Origin: Nitrospirota bacterium
GTDB lineage: Bacteria > Nitrospirota > UBA9217
Assembly (NCBI GenBank): GCA_963840455.1
Contig: CAWIYV010000014.1
Coordinates: 320,001 to 384,000 of the forward strand
Direction: 5' to 3'
Length of the DNA: 64,000 bases
The notes beneath the pieces are model-generated. The model was not told the origin of the DNA. It saw only the letters and a list, made by a program, of their open reading frames with translations, and ran no database searches. The position numbers were made by a program, and so were the translations under genes. This document shows positions 1 to 9,937 of this stretch, one piece after another; position 1 is the stretch's first letter, and every line of letters starts with the position of its first letter.

Positions 1-1107
1 CAGTTCATACTGCTTCGTTCCCAGACCCAGACGCTCGCACTCATCGATCTGGAGCTGCAGGGGACGGGGGTTGAGCTTCGCCAGGATATCGTCTCCCGGC
101 CTCAGCTTCGCGTCCTCTGCCGCCGACTGGGGCAGGGGAGTCGCCTGCCGAAGCATGTCCACCGACGCCTGCTCGATGGCCACAAGGTCGTCGGAGACCA
201 TAATGCCCTGATCCTGGACGACCGGCACGTCGGCCACGGGCATGCAGTCGCATTCGGGCTGGACCTGGAAGAGGAAGTTGACGTAGACCACCTTGCCCTT
301 GTTGAAGGTGGAAAGCACTGCCGCGGCTGACTCGGCCATGCTCTTCATGAACGTCTCGTCGTCCTGTGGCAGCGTCAGCGCGCCTTCCTGGCAGACGCGC
401 GAGCATCTGCCGCAGTGCCAGCAGGTCTCCCCGTCATAGGTGAACTCGTTGTCCTTGAACTCAATGGAGTCGAGCGGGCAGATCTCTGCGCACTGCTGGC
501 AGCGGGTGCAGAGATCGCCGTTCCAGACGAGCCCCTTCTCGCCGTGGCAATGCATGCCGCCCCGGCCCTTCTGCCACCCCTGGTCGCGGTGCCTGCCGCT
601 GACGCAGCCCATGGCCAGGTTCTTGATGGCGCCGGCATAGCCCGAGTTGATATGGCCCTTGGTGTGTGAACAGACCACCATGGCAGGCGCGTCATGGATG
701 ACCGATGCCACGGCGATATCGCCGAGCAGGGGGCCGGCCTTCGTCAGGATGCTGTCCTTCCCGTACAACCCGTCGGCCAGCACCAGCGGCGCGCCGCAGG
801 AGAGGTGGTTCAGGCCGTTCTGGTTCGCCACCTCGAGGTAATCGAGCCCCTTGATGCGCACCGTGTCGGTCACGAAGGGCTTGGCGCCGGTCCTGTTGAC
901 CGCCTCCACGACCTTCCGAAGCATCACTGCAGGGATGATGCGGAACGCGCCCGGCGAGCCCCAGTGGGTCTTGACCGCGACCCAGTCATCCTTCGACAGC
1001 CGTTTTTTCAGGTCGAGCTTCTCGAGCAGCGCTTCGAGCTTGCCCGGCACGCTATTCTCGTAGTTCCAGCGGAGGGTGCGGGCGGTGGAAAAGTAGACTA
1101 GTGACAT
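1..1107 (-). CDS. DUF362 domain protein with 2x[4Fe-4S] ferredoxin domain (runs off the left edge; absent from ORF track)
   Basis: Manual translation from ATG 1107: MSLVYFSTARTLRWNYENSVPGKLEALL...VAVKTHWGSPG...SHTKGHINSGYAGAIKNLAMGC...CTRCQQCAEICP...CWHCGRCSRVCQ...QPECDCMP; open to position 1. Confidence 0.85.
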   Translation of the reverse strand, partial: MSLVYFSTARTLRWNYENSVPGKLEALLEKLDLKKRLSKDDWVAVKTHWGSPGAFRIIPAVMLRKVVEAVNRTGAKPFVTDTVRIKGLDYLEVANQNGLNHLSCGAPLVLADGLYGKDSILTKAGPLLGDIAVASVIHDAPAMVVCSHTKGHINSGYAGAIKNLAMGCVSGRHRDQGWQKGRGGMHCHGEKGLVWNGDLCTRCQQCAEICPLDSIEFKDNEFTYDGETCWHCGRCSRVCQEGALTLPQDDETFMKSMAESAAAVLSTFNKGKVVYVNFLFQVQPECDCMPVADVPVVQDQGIMVSDDLVAIEQASVDMLRQATPLPQSAAEDAKLRPGDDILAKLNPRPLQLQIDECERLGLGTKQYEL

Positions 1108-1108
1108 A

Positions 1109-1948
1109 TCAACCCTCTTCCTTGATCATCAGTCCGATCTTGTAGATCTCTTTTTTCGGCATGCCGAGGTCGTGAGCGGCCACGGCGATCGCCTCCTTCT
1201 TGGGCAACCCCCGGTGCAGGATAAGGTTCTTGAGATACTCCTCGGGCGAGATGTTCACCCGGTCCGCTCCCGATGCAGTTGCCTCAACGATGATCGTGAA
1301 TTCGCCTTTCATGCTGCCCGCTTCGAGCTGCCTCCTGACATCAGGGATGCGACCCCGGAGGACCTGCTCGTGGACCTTGGTCAGTTCGCGGGTAAGGACC
1401 GCTTTCCGGTCGCCCAGGACCGTCTGCATGTCCTCGAGCGCCTGCATGATCCGGTGGGGGGCTTCGTAGAAAATGAGGGTGCGCTCTTCCTTGGCGAGCT
1501 CGGTGAGCCGTTTCATCCTGGCAGTATGCTTGCTCGGCAAAAATCCCTCGAACACGAACCGGTCCGTGGGCAGCCCGGACACGGACAGCGCGGCGATGGC
1601 AGCGGTTGCGCCGGGAATGGGGACCACGGGGACCTTCTGGTCTATGGCAAGGTTGATAAGGAAGTAGCCCGGGTCCGAAATGCCAGGTGTCCCTGCGTCG
1701 GAAACAAGCGCGATGCTCTTCCCTTCGAGAAGGCGGGAGACCAGGACCGGGGCCTTCTCTTCCTTGTTGTGGTCGTGGTAGCTCGTCAGCGGTGTGTGGA
1801 TATCGAACTTGGAGAGCAGTTTCTGGGTGTGGCGCGTGTCCTCAGCGGCGATGGCGTCCGCTTCTTTCAGGACGCGGATTGCCCGGAGGGTGATGTCCTC
1901 GAGGTTGCCGATGGGTGTGGCGACGATATAAAGAACACCAAGTGGCAT
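1109..1948 (-). CDS. rsmI: 16S rRNA (cytidine1402-2'-O)-methyltransferase
   Basis: LYIVATPIGNLEDIT, AAEDTRHT, LVSDAGTPGISDPG, RELTKVHE motifs. Confidence 0.95.
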   Translation of the reverse strand: MPLGVLYIVATPIGNLEDITLRAIRVLKEADAIAAEDTRHTQKLLSKFDIHTPLTSYHDHNKEEKAPVLVSRLLEGKSIALVSDAGTPGISDPGYFLINLAIDQKVPVVPIPGATAAIAALSVSGLPTDRFVFEGFLPSKHTARMKRLTELAKEERTLIFYEAPHRIMQALEDMQTVLGDRKAVLTRELTKVHEQVLRGRIPDVRRQLEAGSMKGEFTIIVEATASGADRVNISPEEYLKNLILHRGLPKKEAIAVAAHDLGMPKKEIYKIGLMIKEEG

Positions 1949-1965
1949 AGGATTCAAGACCTTTT

Positions 1966-2080
1966 ACCGCGAGGGCGCGAAGAGCGCGAGGACTGCAAAG
2001 GCAAGGACATTTTGTGTTATTAACACCAGAAACAAGACGTTGACCTGTTTCCCCCTGCGTCCCTCGCGCCTTCGCGGTGA
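1966..2080. repeat. Intergenic inverted pair of nonamer-like repeats (accgcgagggcgcgaagagcgcgagg ... cctcgcgccttcgcggt)
   Basis: Left and right arms are reverse complementary; the same family recurs at 22727-22862, 58025-58137, 61468-61571 and 62538-62630. Confidence 0.7.
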
Positions 2081-2092
2081 GAACATTCCCTG

Positions 2093-3802
2093 CTAGTAGC
2101 TTCTGTACCGGTTCGTGATCGGGAACCTTCTGTCCTTCCCCAGCCCCCGCGGCGTGATCTTGACGCCCGGCGGCGCCTGTCTGCGCTTGTACTCGCTGGA
2201 ATCCACGAGCCGGATCACCTTCTCCACCGTCTTTCGGTCGAAGCCCATCTTCAGGATCTCGCGGAAGTCCTTATTGTCCTCTACATAGGCCTTCAGGATG
2301 GGGTCCAGCACGGGATAGAGGGGCAGGGAATCGCTGTCCTTCTGGTTCGGCCGCAGCTCGGCGGTCGGCGCCTTGGTCATGACCCGCTTCGGGATGATCG
2401 TCCTCCCTTCCAGGCGGTTCACGCACCGGCAGATGTCGTACACGAGGGTCTTGGGTACGTCCTTGATCACAGCGAACCCGCCTGCCATATCGCCGTAGAG
2501 CGTTGCGTAGCCCACGGACATCTCGCTCTTGTTCCCCGTGGTCAGCACGAGCCAGCCGAACTTGTTCGAGAGCGCCATGAGCAGATTTCCGCGGATGCGC
2601 GCCTGCAGGTTCTCCTCGGTCACGTCCTGCTTTGTCCGGGCGAACTCACAGCGCAGCGTATTGAGGTAGGAATCGAAGGTCTGCTGGATGGAGATCTCGA
2701 GGAAATGGATGCCGAGATTCTTCGCGAGCCCCAGGGCATCCTCGCGGCTCTCCCGGGAGCTGAACTGGGAAGGCATGAACACGCCGACCACGTTCTTGCT
2801 GCCGATCGCTTCCACGGCAACGGCCGCAACCAGGGAGGAATCGACGCCGCCGGACAGGCCTATCACCGCGGACTTGAACCCGGTCTTTTGGACATAATCA
2901 CGCGTGCCGAGCACGAGCGCCTGGTAGACCTCCTCACAGACAGGAAGGGGCCGGCTGGACTGCCGCGCGGAGACTGCCTTCCTTTTCGGCGCCGGCCGCT
3001 CGGAAAGGACGATGCGGTCGATGGATTCGAAATGCTGTGTCTTCGCTGGGCCGACCGCGGCCTTCCTGTCCGGGACCTTGAGGTCGGTGATCAGGAGGTC
3101 TTCCTCGAACTGCCGTCCCGATACGAGCAGTCTGCCTTTTCCGTCGATGACCATGCTCTGACCGTCGAAGACCAGCTCATCCTGGCCGCCCACAGCATTG
3201 GTGTAGGACACGATGACGTTGCTCTCTCTCGCCCGTTCAGCGAGCATCTTGAGCCGTTCTTTGCCCTTTCCTTTGTGGTAAGGAGAGGCATTGATGTTGA
3301 TAATCACCTCGGCGCCTGCCAGGGCAAGGGAGCGCGTGGGTCCTTCGCTGAACCAGATGTCCTCGCAGATGTTCACGCCGAGCTTTATTCCCCACAAGGT
3401 GATGAGGGGATAGCGGTTCCCGGGACGGAAATAGCGGTACTCGTCGAAGACACCGTAGTTCGGCAGCAGGATCTTGTGGTACACAGATGCCAGGCTCCCA
3501 TTGTGGAGGATTGCCGCTGCGTTGTACAGCCGCTCCTTCTTGTCGACAAACCCGACAACAGCGGTGATGCCCCTGGTCGCCCGTTGGATGTCCTTGAGCG
3601 TCCTCAGGTTGTCATTCACGAACTGCGGCTTGAGCAGCAGGTCCTCGGGGGGATAGCCGGTCACGGCGAGCTCGGGGAAGGCCACGATGTCGGCCCCGGC
3701 CTTCCGGGCGCGGCCGATCGTTTCGATGATCCGGTCCCGATTGCCGGCGAGGTCGCCGACCGTGGGGTTGATCTGTGCCATGGCAATGCGAAGGGTTCTC
3801 AT
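2093..3802 (-). CDS. nadE: Glutamine-dependent NAD+ synthetase
   Basis: N-terminal nitrilase domain (FPELAVTGYPPEDLL, ICEDIW) plus synthetase domain (GLSGGVDSSL, ENLQARIRG, TTGNKSE, SEYKRRQAPPG). Confidence 0.96.
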   Translation of the reverse strand: MRTLRIAMAQINPTVGDLAGNRDRIIETIGRARKAGADIVAFPELAVTGYPPEDLLLKPQFVNDNLRTLKDIQRATRGITAVVGFVDKKERLYNAAAILHNGSLASVYHKILLPNYGVFDEYRYFRPGNRYPLITLWGIKLGVNICEDIWFSEGPTRSLALAGAEVIININASPYHKGKGKERLKMLAERARESNVIVSYTNAVGGQDELVFDGQSMVIDGKGRLLVSGRQFEEDLLITDLKVPDRKAAVGPAKTQHFESIDRIVLSERPAPKRKAVSARQSSRPLPVCEEVYQALVLGTRDYVQKTGFKSAVIGLSGGVDSSLVAAVAVEAIGSKNVVGVFMPSQFSSRESREDALGLAKNLGIHFLEISIQQTFDSYLNTLRCEFARTKQDVTEENLQARIRGNLLMALSNKFGWLVLTTGNKSEMSVGYATLYGDMAGGFAVIKDVPKTLVYDICRCVNRLEGRTIIPKRVMTKAPTAELRPNQKDSDSLPLYPVLDPILKAYVEDNKDFREILKMGFDRKTVEKVIRLVDSSEYKRRQAPPGVKITPRGLGKDRRFPITNRYRSY

Positions 3803-3942
3803 AAACTCGCGCGCAGATGAATATTCTCTATGCCATTATCTCGCAACGACACGAAGACACAAAGACCGAATGCTATCTTTCGCAGGGGCGCAGAGAGCGC
3901 AGAGAAAATCGTTCGTTTTACTACGGTTGCTATAGGCAATGT

Positions 3943-5106
3943 TTATTGATGGAGCGAACGTTTCGCGGACTCCATGACTTCCTTTACAGGCACTTTTTTC
4001 ACATCGGCGATCCGCCGGCAGTCATCATACTCCGGTGTGACGGTCATGATCTCATCGCCCCGTCTGCTGATCTTGACGCGGACTGTTCCGTAGGAGGTCT
4101 CCACCTGCCGGACCTCGCGCTGGAGCTTCTTCCTGCCCGTTTCACGGATACGGACGCCGATGCTGGTCGTTTCCCGGAAGAGCGTGTCCAGCACCGCGTC
4201 GCTGCTCTTGCGGTCGCACAGGACGGATAGGAGGATGCCGGGCCTGCCCTTTTTCATGATGATGGGCGTGAGATAGGCGTCCTGCGCACCCTGCGCGAGA
4301 AGCTTTTCGATCACGTGGTCGTAGAGCTGAGGATTCATATCATCGATGTTCGTCTCGATCAGCGTTGACGTGTCCTCGTCGTAAACGGGGAGGAGCTCCC
4401 CGATCATCAAACGAAGCACGTTCGGCTGGCCGGAGAAGTCCTTGTTCCCTGCGCCATGGGCGATCCTGTTGACCTTCATCTGCGGCAACAGCCCGAACGA
4501 TGCCGCGAGCGTGCTGATGATTGCAGCCCCCGTCGGGGTTGTGAGCTCGAAGGCTATGGATGATGAGTAGAGCGGGATGTTCCTGAGCAGTTCAACAGTG
4601 GCAGGTGCGGGAACGGGCAGTTTCCCATGGGCCATATGGACCGTGCCCGAACCTACATTGACCGGAGAACCAATGATCTCGGTGATACCGAGGTGCTCGA
4701 GCCCGATGACCGAACCGACAATGTCCACCAAGGCGTCCACCGCGCCGACCTCGTGGAAGTGGACCCGGTCGGGGGTAGTGCCGTGGACCTTCGCTTCGAC
4801 CTCGGCCAGCCGATGGAAGATGGCCAGGCTCTTCTGTTGAATTACAGGGGAGAGGGACGAGCCATTGATGATGCGGCTGATGTCAGCAAGGTGGCGGGCA
4901 GGCTGTTCCTTCTTATCCAGGACGACATGGACCTTTGTGGCCGAGATGCCCGACCGCCTTACCTTCTCGCTCGAGAGCGTATAACCGGTGAGGTCAAGCT
5001 TCGCGAGCTCCGCGCGCAGAACCTCAAGGGGAAACCCTGCGTCCACGAGGGCGCCCAGGGTCATATCGCCGGAGATGCCGGAAAAACAGTCGAAGTAGGC
5101 TAGCAT
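3943..5106 (-). CDS. larC: Nickel-pincer cofactor biosynthesis protein LarC (nickel insertase)
   Basis: DCFSGISGDMTLGAL, HFHEVGAVD, ELTTPTGAA, ETNIDDMNP, MKKGRPG, PEYDDC. Confidence 0.93.
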   Translation of the reverse strand: MLAYFDCFSGISGDMTLGALVDAGFPLEVLRAELAKLDLTGYTLSSEKVRRSGISATKVHVVLDKKEQPARHLADISRIINGSSLSPVIQQKSLAIFHRLAEVEAKVHGTTPDRVHFHEVGAVDALVDIVGSVIGLEHLGITEIIGSPVNVGSGTVHMAHGKLPVPAPATVELLRNIPLYSSSIAFELTTPTGAAIISTLAASFGLLPQMKVNRIAHGAGNKDFSGQPNVLRLMIGELLPVYDEDTSTLIETNIDDMNPQLYDHVIEKLLAQGAQDAYLTPIIMKKGRPGILLSVLCDRKSSDAVLDTLFRETTSIGVRIRETGRKKLQREVRQVETSYGTVRVKISRRGDEIMTVTPEYDDCRRIADVKKVPVKEVMESAKRSLHQ

Positions 5107-5198
5107 TATAACACCATTCAACGTTCAAGATTTAAGGTAAAAGGATCAACGTTCAATATCCATTCTTTAAACCTTGAACGTTCAACCTTAGAATTCCG

Positions 5199-5954
5199 TT
5201 ATTTCTCTCCCAGCAGGTTTATCCTATGCGCCAGGACTCCGGCGCCGAAGCCGTTGTCGATGTTCATGACCGCGATGCCCGAGGAGCAGGAGTTCAGCAT
5301 GGTGAGGAGCGGGGCAAGTCCCTGGAACCCTGCGCCGTAGCCGATGCTTGTCGGCACAGCGATGATCGGCCTGTCAACCAGCCCGCCCACGACAGACGGT
5401 AGGGCGCCGTCCATGCCCGCGACCACGACGATGACGCGCGCGGAATCAAGAATGGTCTTCTTGCTCAGGATGCGGTGGATGCCTGCCACGCCCACATCAT
5501 ACACGGTCTGGACCGTACTGCCCAGTGTCCCGGCGGTCACTGCGGCCTCTTCGGCAATGGGAATATCGGAGGTCCCTGCGGTGAGAACAAGGACGACCCC
5601 TGCGGTCAGGTCCTTCTTATTGTGTTCAATAACGATCGCCCGCGATGACTTATAATAGACCGCGCGGCGGTCCAGTTTTTTTACCGCCTTGAACACGGCG
5701 TCAGATGCCCGGGTGGCAAGGATATCGCTGCCCGCCTTCAGCATGCGTTTGGTGATGCCGGTGATCTGCCCGATGGTCTTGCCCTCGCAGTAGATCACCT
5801 CGGGCATGCCGTGGCGCAGGCCCCGGTGGTGGTCGATGTGGGCGTAGGCCACGTCCTCGAAGGGGAGGTGCTTCAATCGGCCAAGGGCCGCCTGCACGGT
5901 GATCCTTCCGGACCGGACCTGTTCAAGCAATTTGGTAATATCGGATGGGTTCAT
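5199..5954 (-). CDS. larB: Nickel-pincer cofactor biosynthesis protein LarB (PurE-like carboxylase/hydrolase)
   Basis: DHHRGLRHGMPEVIYCEGK, TAGTSDIPIAEEA, DVGVAGIHR, AVPTSIGYGA, NIDNGFGA. Confidence 0.93.
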   Translation of the reverse strand: MNPSDITKLLEQVRSGRITVQAALGRLKHLPFEDVAYAHIDHHRGLRHGMPEVIYCEGKTIGQITGITKRMLKAGSDILATRASDAVFKAVKKLDRRAVYYKSSRAIVIEHNKKDLTAGVVLVLTAGTSDIPIAEEAAVTAGTLGSTVQTVYDVGVAGIHRILSKKTILDSARVIVVVAGMDGALPSVVGGLVDRPIIAVPTSIGYGAGFQGLAPLLTMLNSCSSGIAVMNIDNGFGAGVLAHRINLLGEK

Positions 5955-6064
5955 AATTTGAATTTTCGAGCGAACAACATGGTTATAACCACGTATCCCG
6001 CCGTGCGGGAAACAGGGAATATTTATGGTTTCATACTATAATTGGCATTATATGACTTTCCTAT

Positions 6065-6148
6065 CGTCATTTCCGCAGGTATTTTGAGCGGATCCAGTCT
6101 CGATCTTCTTAAACAATGGATCCCCGATAAAGGCCTGCGGGGATGACG
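6065..6148. repeat. Intergenic palindromic repeat (cgtcatttccgcag...ggatcca / tggatcc...ctgcggggatgacg)
   Basis: Ends cgtcat.../...atgacg are reverse complementary. Confidence 0.6.
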
Positions 6149-6258
6149 TTCGGTGTATTTACAAATAATTTCGAGACCATTCATAACAGAGAATGAAGTG
6201 CAATTCTGTTCTCAAGTCTTAACCGTGTGCGACGAGATCGCCCGTGATCAGACCATCG

Positions 6259-7386
6259 TTAGTTATAATATTTCTTTTTCCGCGGCACCGGCTGGTCGCC
6301 GCACACCTCGATGACCTCTTTCGCCTTTGGCTTTAGCCTGGCGATCTCCGGCCGGTCGTTCTTCTTTGTGTACATCAGGAGCCGCTTCATGTAGCCCACG
6401 GCCAGCCGGCAGTTCCCGCCTGCCTTGTGGGTGAGGCCCGTCTGGAAGAGCATCTGAGGCTGGTTGGGCCGCTTGTGTTCGATGACGCGGAACTCCCTGA
6501 GCGCCTCCTGGAGCTTTCCCTGCTCCCGGAGGACGATGCCGAGCCGCAGGTGCAGCAGGGCATTGTTCGGCGCGCGCTGGAGCGCCGCGCGCAGCTCCGT
6601 CTCAGCGGCGGTGTTGTCGTGCTGCTGGTGATGGATCGAGGCGAGCAGGATACGGGCGCGCACGTTGCCCGGGTCCCGGGCGATGGCCTTTTGGAGGGCA
6701 GCGGTCGACGCGTCTATGTCTGCTGCCGGTATCTCCTGGCGGCTTTCCCCTCCGCCGTAGAAATCGATCCGGGGAGAGAGCCGCACCCAGGCCCGGTTCG
6801 TGTCATCCATGCTTTCTTCGGTGGTGAGCACCGAGTCGAGCTTCTTGCGCGTCTCCGCTGCCTTTGCCTTGTCCTGCTCCGCGGCAAGCCGCTTCTGCAG
6901 GGCGTCACGCTCCTTCCGGAGCGCTTCCTTCTCCTTCGCCGCTGATTCGAGCTGTTCCCGTAGCTCCTCGCTCTCCCGGTAGCGATCGATCTGTTGAACC
7001 AGCACATCCGTGTCCACGCGGCACCGGGCCTTGATGTAGAGCGCGGGATGGTCAAGGGTGCCGCGCGTCTCGTCGGCAATGACCTCGGTCTCGACGATAC
7101 CGGCCGTGTAGGCCGTGACCTGGTCCTTGGTGAGCCGGTATTCTTTCACCTGGGTGATGCTCGCCACATAGGTGCCGGCACGTTCCAGTGCTTTCCACTG
7201 CGCCTCCTGGGTCGCGATGCGCCGGCCGTCCACCTTGCTGTCGCTGTCGCCCATGATATAGGTGCTGTCCGCTTCGATGACCTTCACCTCGGCACGGGCG
7301 GAGTGCCAGGGCAGAACTGCAACACTAATTGCAAGCAGGATGAATGAAAACCATTTATACAAGGTCGTTTTTTCCCAATTCCGCAT
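6259..7386 (-). CDS. Exported protein with N-terminal FlgT/LPP20-like domain, coiled coil and C-terminal TPR repeats (start uncertain)
   Basis: Hydrophobic signal ending ARA-EV; coiled coil ELREQLESAAKEKEALRKE; TPR-like helices (ARILLASIHHQ, LHLRLGIVLREQG). Confidence 0.7.
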   Translation of the reverse strand: MRNWEKTTLYKWFSFILLAISVAVLPWHSARAEVKVIEADSTYIMGDSDSKVDGRRIATQEAQWKALERAGTYVASITQVKEYRLTKDQVTAYTAGIVETEVIADETRGTLDHPALYIKARCRVDTDVLVQQIDRYRESEELREQLESAAKEKEALRKERDALQKRLAAEQDKAKAAETRKKLDSVLTTEESMDDTNRAWVRLSPRIDFYGGGESRQEIPAADIDASTAALQKAIARDPGNVRARILLASIHHQQHDNTAAETELRAALQRAPNNALLHLRLGIVLREQGKLQEALREFRVIEHKRPNQPQMLFQTGLTHKAGGNCRLAVGYMKRLLMYTKKNDRPEIARLKPKAKEVIEVCGDQPVPRKKKYYN

Positions 7387-7427
7387 TCCGAGCACCACAC
7401 CCTGAACCCTGTACCCTCTGTACTGCT

Positions 7428-8429
7428 CTACTCCCCCTTAAGCGCCCTGCTCATCAGGTCCTTCAGGGCGAGCCGCGGGTCCTTGCCCTCGTAGATGATG
7501 CGGTAGACCTCGTCGACCACGGGCATCTCGACGGAATGCTTCCGGGCAAGCTCGCGCGTGGCCTTGGCGGTCTTGACGCCCTCGGCAACAGTCGGGAGGC
7601 CTTTCATGATGTCCTCGAACAGCTCTCCTTTCCCGAGTCTGACGCCCAGGGTGCGGTTCCGGGAAAGGCCGCCGGTGCAGGTGAGCACGAGGTCGCCCAT
7701 GCCTGCGAGGCCAGAGAAGGTGAGGGGATTGGCGCCCATGGCAACGCCGAGGCGGGTCATTTCGGCGAGGCCGCGGGTCAGGAGCGCCGCCATGGTGTTG
7801 TACCCGTAGCCGAGGCCTTCCAGCACTCCTGCGGCGATGGCGATCACGTTCTTGACCGAGCCGCCGAGCTCCACGCCGATGACGTCGGGATTGGTATAGA
7901 CGCGGAAATAGGGCGCGCTCATGAGCTGCTGCGCCCGCCTGCCCGCCTCGGGGTCGTACGACGCGAGAGCAACGGCCGTGGGCATCTTCTGGGCCACTTC
8001 CTTGGCGAAGCTGGGGCCTGAGAGGAAGCAGAGACGACCATGGAACTTCGGGGGGAGCGTTTCCCGGAACACGTCCGACAGGGGCATGAGGGTCTCGGTC
8101 TCGATGCCTTTCGATGCGCTCACGATGACCGCGTTATTGTCGAGGAAGGGCGCCATGTGGGCCGATATTGCCCGGGCTGTGTGCGACGGGACCACGGACA
8201 GGATGAAGGGCCGTTCCCGGACCGCTCTATCCAGGGCGGCATTGACCGAGATGTTCGCGGGGAGCGTGAATCCCGGGAGGTAGACGCGGTTCTCTCGCGT
8301 GCGCTGGGTCTCCTCCGCAAGGTCCTTCTCGTACATCCAGAGGGTCACGTCATGGCCCCTGTCCGCCAGAAGGAGCGCCAGCGCCGTGCCCCATGCGCCG
8401 GCGCCGATAATACCTATTTTTTCAGCCAT
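7428..8429 (-). CDS. gpsA: NAD(P)H-dependent glycerol-3-phosphate dehydrogenase
   Basis: IIGAGAWGTALA, SGPSFAKEV, GGSVKNVIAIAAG, GLAGMGDLVLTCTGGLSRNR. Confidence 0.96.
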   Translation of the reverse strand: MAEKIGIIGAGAWGTALALLLADRGHDVTLWMYEKDLAEETQRTRENRVYLPGFTLPANISVNAALDRAVRERPFILSVVPSHTARAISAHMAPFLDNNAVIVSASKGIETETLMPLSDVFRETLPPKFHGRLCFLSGPSFAKEVAQKMPTAVALASYDPEAGRRAQQLMSAPYFRVYTNPDVIGVELGGSVKNVIAIAAGVLEGLGYGYNTMAALLTRGLAEMTRLGVAMGANPLTFSGLAGMGDLVLTCTGGLSRNRTLGVRLGKGELFEDIMKGLPTVAEGVKTAKATRELARKHSVEMPVVDEVYRIIYEGKDPRLALKDLMSRALKGE

Positions 8430-8559
8430 ACGTATCGATTATAGAGGGATTGCCTATGAGTGTCAAAAGAATTGTCCAAACCGCCTTCTTTTGACAGGGT
8501 GCCTGTTTTATGATAGTTTACTATCAAGAGCAGAGACTTTGGGGAAGGCGGGAACGGGC

Positions 8560-9792
8560 ATGTACACAGCGGGCAACATCACGAAGAACACCCTGGCAAT
8601 GGTGCTGGCTGGCGGCAAGGGCGAGCGCTTGAGCCCCATCACCATGCGACGGCCCAAGCCGGCCGTGCCCTTCGGCGGGAAATACAAGATCATCGACTTC
8701 GCTTTGAGCAACCTCTTCAACTCCGGCATCCGGAAGGCCTATATCCTCACCCAATACCATGCCTACTCGCTGAACAAGCACATCAAGGAATCATGGAGCA
8801 AATGGACCGGCCTCGGCGAGTTCTACGACGCCATCTCGCCCGAGACCAGCAGCATGAACGAACGCTGGTTCCAGGGCACGGCCGACGCCATCCATCAGAA
8901 CCTGCGGTTCATCGAGTCAACGGACGCCGACTTCATCGCCATCTTCGGCGGGGACCACATCTACAAGATGGATATCTCCCAGATGGTCGAATACCATCGG
9001 AGGAACAAGGCGGACCTGACCATCGCGGTGCTCGAGGTGCCAAAGGAGGAGGCGAGCCGGTTCGGCATCATGACCGTGGACGACAACTTTCGGGTGCAGG
9101 CATTCGAGGAGAAGCCCGCGTGCCCGGTCACCATCCCGGGGCGGCCGACCTGCTGCTCTTCCATGGGGAACTACATCTTCTCGAAGGGCAAGCTCATGGA
9201 CCTGCTGATGAAAGGCAAGAAGCGGTACGAGGACCTGGACTTCGGCAAACACATCATTCCCATGATGCTCGAGGCAGGGGACAAGGTCTTTGCCTACAGC
9301 TTCTTCGACAATACCGTGCCGGGCATGGAGCCCCACGAGCGGGGGTACTGGCGCGATGTGGGCGCCATCGATACCTACTACGAGGCGAACATGGACCTCA
9401 TCAGCGTCACGCCCCAGCTGAACCTGTACAACTACCAGTGGCCCATCCTGACCAACCAGGGAAACCTCCCGCCGGCCAAGACCGTCTTCGATCAGGAAGA
9501 GCGGCGCGGACACAACCTCGATTCCCTGGTCTGCGGCGGCTGCGTCACCAGCGGCAGCGTCGTGCGCCGGTCCATCCTGGGGCCGTCGTGCCGCGTGAAC
9601 AGCTATGCCCTGGTGGAGGACTCCATCCTCTTCGACAGCGTCCAGATCGGCAGAAAGGCCAGGATCCGTAAGGCCATCGTCGACGAGAGCATTGTCATCC
9701 CCGAAGGCATGGAGATCGGCTACGACCACGAAGCGGACCGCGAACGCGGCTGCCTGATCACCGAGGCAGGCATCGTGGTGGTGACGAAGTAA
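8560..9792 (+). CDS. glgC: Glucose-1-phosphate adenylyltransferase
   Basis: LAGGKGERLSPIT..RPKPAVPFGGKY, WFQGTADA, GDHIYKMD, YWRDVG, C-terminal beta-helix. Confidence 0.95.
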   Translation: MYTAGNITKNTLAMVLAGGKGERLSPITMRRPKPAVPFGGKYKIIDFALSNLFNSGIRKAYILTQYHAYSLNKHIKESWSKWTGLGEFYDAISPETSSMNERWFQGTADAIHQNLRFIESTDADFIAIFGGDHIYKMDISQMVEYHRRNKADLTIAVLEVPKEEASRFGIMTVDDNFRVQAFEEKPACPVTIPGRPTCCSSMGNYIFSKGKLMDLLMKGKKRYEDLDFGKHIIPMMLEAGDKVFAYSFFDNTVPGMEPHERGYWRDVGAIDTYYEANMDLISVTPQLNLYNYQWPILTNQGNLPPAKTVFDQEERRGHNLDSLVCGGCVTSGSVVRRSILGPSCRVNSYALVEDSILFDSVQIGRKARIRKAIVDESIVIPEGMEIGYDHEADRERGCLITEAGIVVVTK

Positions 9793-9859
9793 GGAGTAAC
9801 CTCACCCAACCTCCTGGATGAATGACCACTCCCTGAACATCCCCTAGAGTACGGAAGCA

Positions 9860-9896
9860 ACCCCACCCAGCCTCCCCGTAATCTAGGGGGAGGGGT
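9860..9896. repeat. Intergenic palindrome accccacccagcctccccgtaatctagggggaggggt (REP-like or bidirectional terminator)
   Basis: C-rich and G-rich arms between convergent glgC and PAP2 genes. Confidence 0.5.
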
Positions 9897-9937
9897 GAAG
9901 ACTATCCCTCTTAGTGTGTAAGAGGAGGCAAGGGGAG

